Part shown: piece by piece, positions 63,179 through 64,000 of the stretch | How the letters are laid out: each line of letters opens with the position of its first letter | Numbering within the stretch: position 1 is the first letter of the stretch | Assembly (NCBI GenBank): GCA_030265395.1 | Contig: JARFYF010000094.1 | Span: 14,867,019 to 14,931,018 of the forward strand | From: Rhina ancylostomus | Taxonomy: Eukaryota | Direction of reading: 5' to 3' | DNA: 64,000 bases | Made by a program: the position numbers and the translations under genes | Notes under the pieces: generated by a model | Databases searched by the model: none | Seen by the model: only the letters and a program-made list of their open reading frames with translations | What the model was told of the DNA's origin: nothing

Positions 63179-64000
63179 CTATAGATGGAAACAATTAACT
63201 TCCATGGCATGATATTAAATTGCTCTTTACACAAGTGACCAATTTTATTAAGCACATATGAAAATTAGGCAGATCAAGGTTCTAAGATTCTATGTTTCAA
63301 ATCCCAACCTTATTTTCATTTCCACGCTGCAACTCTTGTTGAGACATTTTCTTAGATCTTGGCTGAGTGATAAATGGTGAGGCTACACAATAATGTACTA
63401 TTTCTTTTCAGATGGAGTATAATGTGGACTGTCTTTTCTATAATGCTGTTCCTTACTACAGAAGCAATGGTACACTATAAGCTACAGACTCTGAAGGTCG
63501 CAGAGCAGGTAGAGAAGGTGGTCGAGGGCCTACAGAATACTTTATAGTCCAAGGCACGGAGTATAAGGAAGGTCAAGTCATATAACTTAAGCAGCAGCTG
63601 CAGTACTACAGAACTGTCTCACTTCACTGATTTAAGAATTAATCACAAATAGCCTACAAGGACAAAGTTAAAAAGTTCCCAGCTGAGCCTCCAGCAATTC
63701 TGCATTCTCACCACTCTTTGTCCCCATAAGTAAAGTGCACAGCTTTTGCTTGATATCTCATGATTAAATCACAATTTAGTCAAGAATTATTAGTTGGAGA
63801 TCCACTACTTACACATTGGGATGAATTTCTCAAAAGTCTCAACAAAAGCATTAAGGCCCCAGCATTGATTCTGGGGACTTTACTCTCAGGAGGCTATTTT
63901 GCAGAGAGAACAACGTGACTAAGTTTTCCTTGCAATCTCATACCAGAACGGAAAGGTTTCCAGCAACTATATTGTATCCTGAATGTTGAAATAATGAAGA

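Overview
Vertebrate genomic DNA, most likely from a cartilaginous fish (shark or ray), inferred from its HE1/V-SINE, CR1 and Penelope-derived repeats. The whole window lies inside one large minus-strand gene, a stabilin scavenger receptor whose sequence fits STAB1 better than STAB2. I reconstructed 34 consecutive coding exons by hand (63178 down to 921) with consistent splice phases. They encode EGF, FAS1, FAS1, an EGF cluster, FAS1, FAS1 and another EGF cluster, and stop just before the expected Link domain. One intron must use a GC-AG donor, and two exons are interrupted by N gaps. The introns hold decayed CR1/L2-clade, RTE and Tx1-like LINE pieces, V-SINEs, a ~31-32 bp minisatellite abutting a splice donor, and a family of fold-back elements. 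Those fold-back elements carry minimal hammerhead-ribozyme-like cores, the best one at 45052-45085 in the pre-mRNA sense. Almost all ORFs in the supplied track are spurious or are exon read-throughs. Similarities to human proteins and repeat families are from recall, not from a database search.
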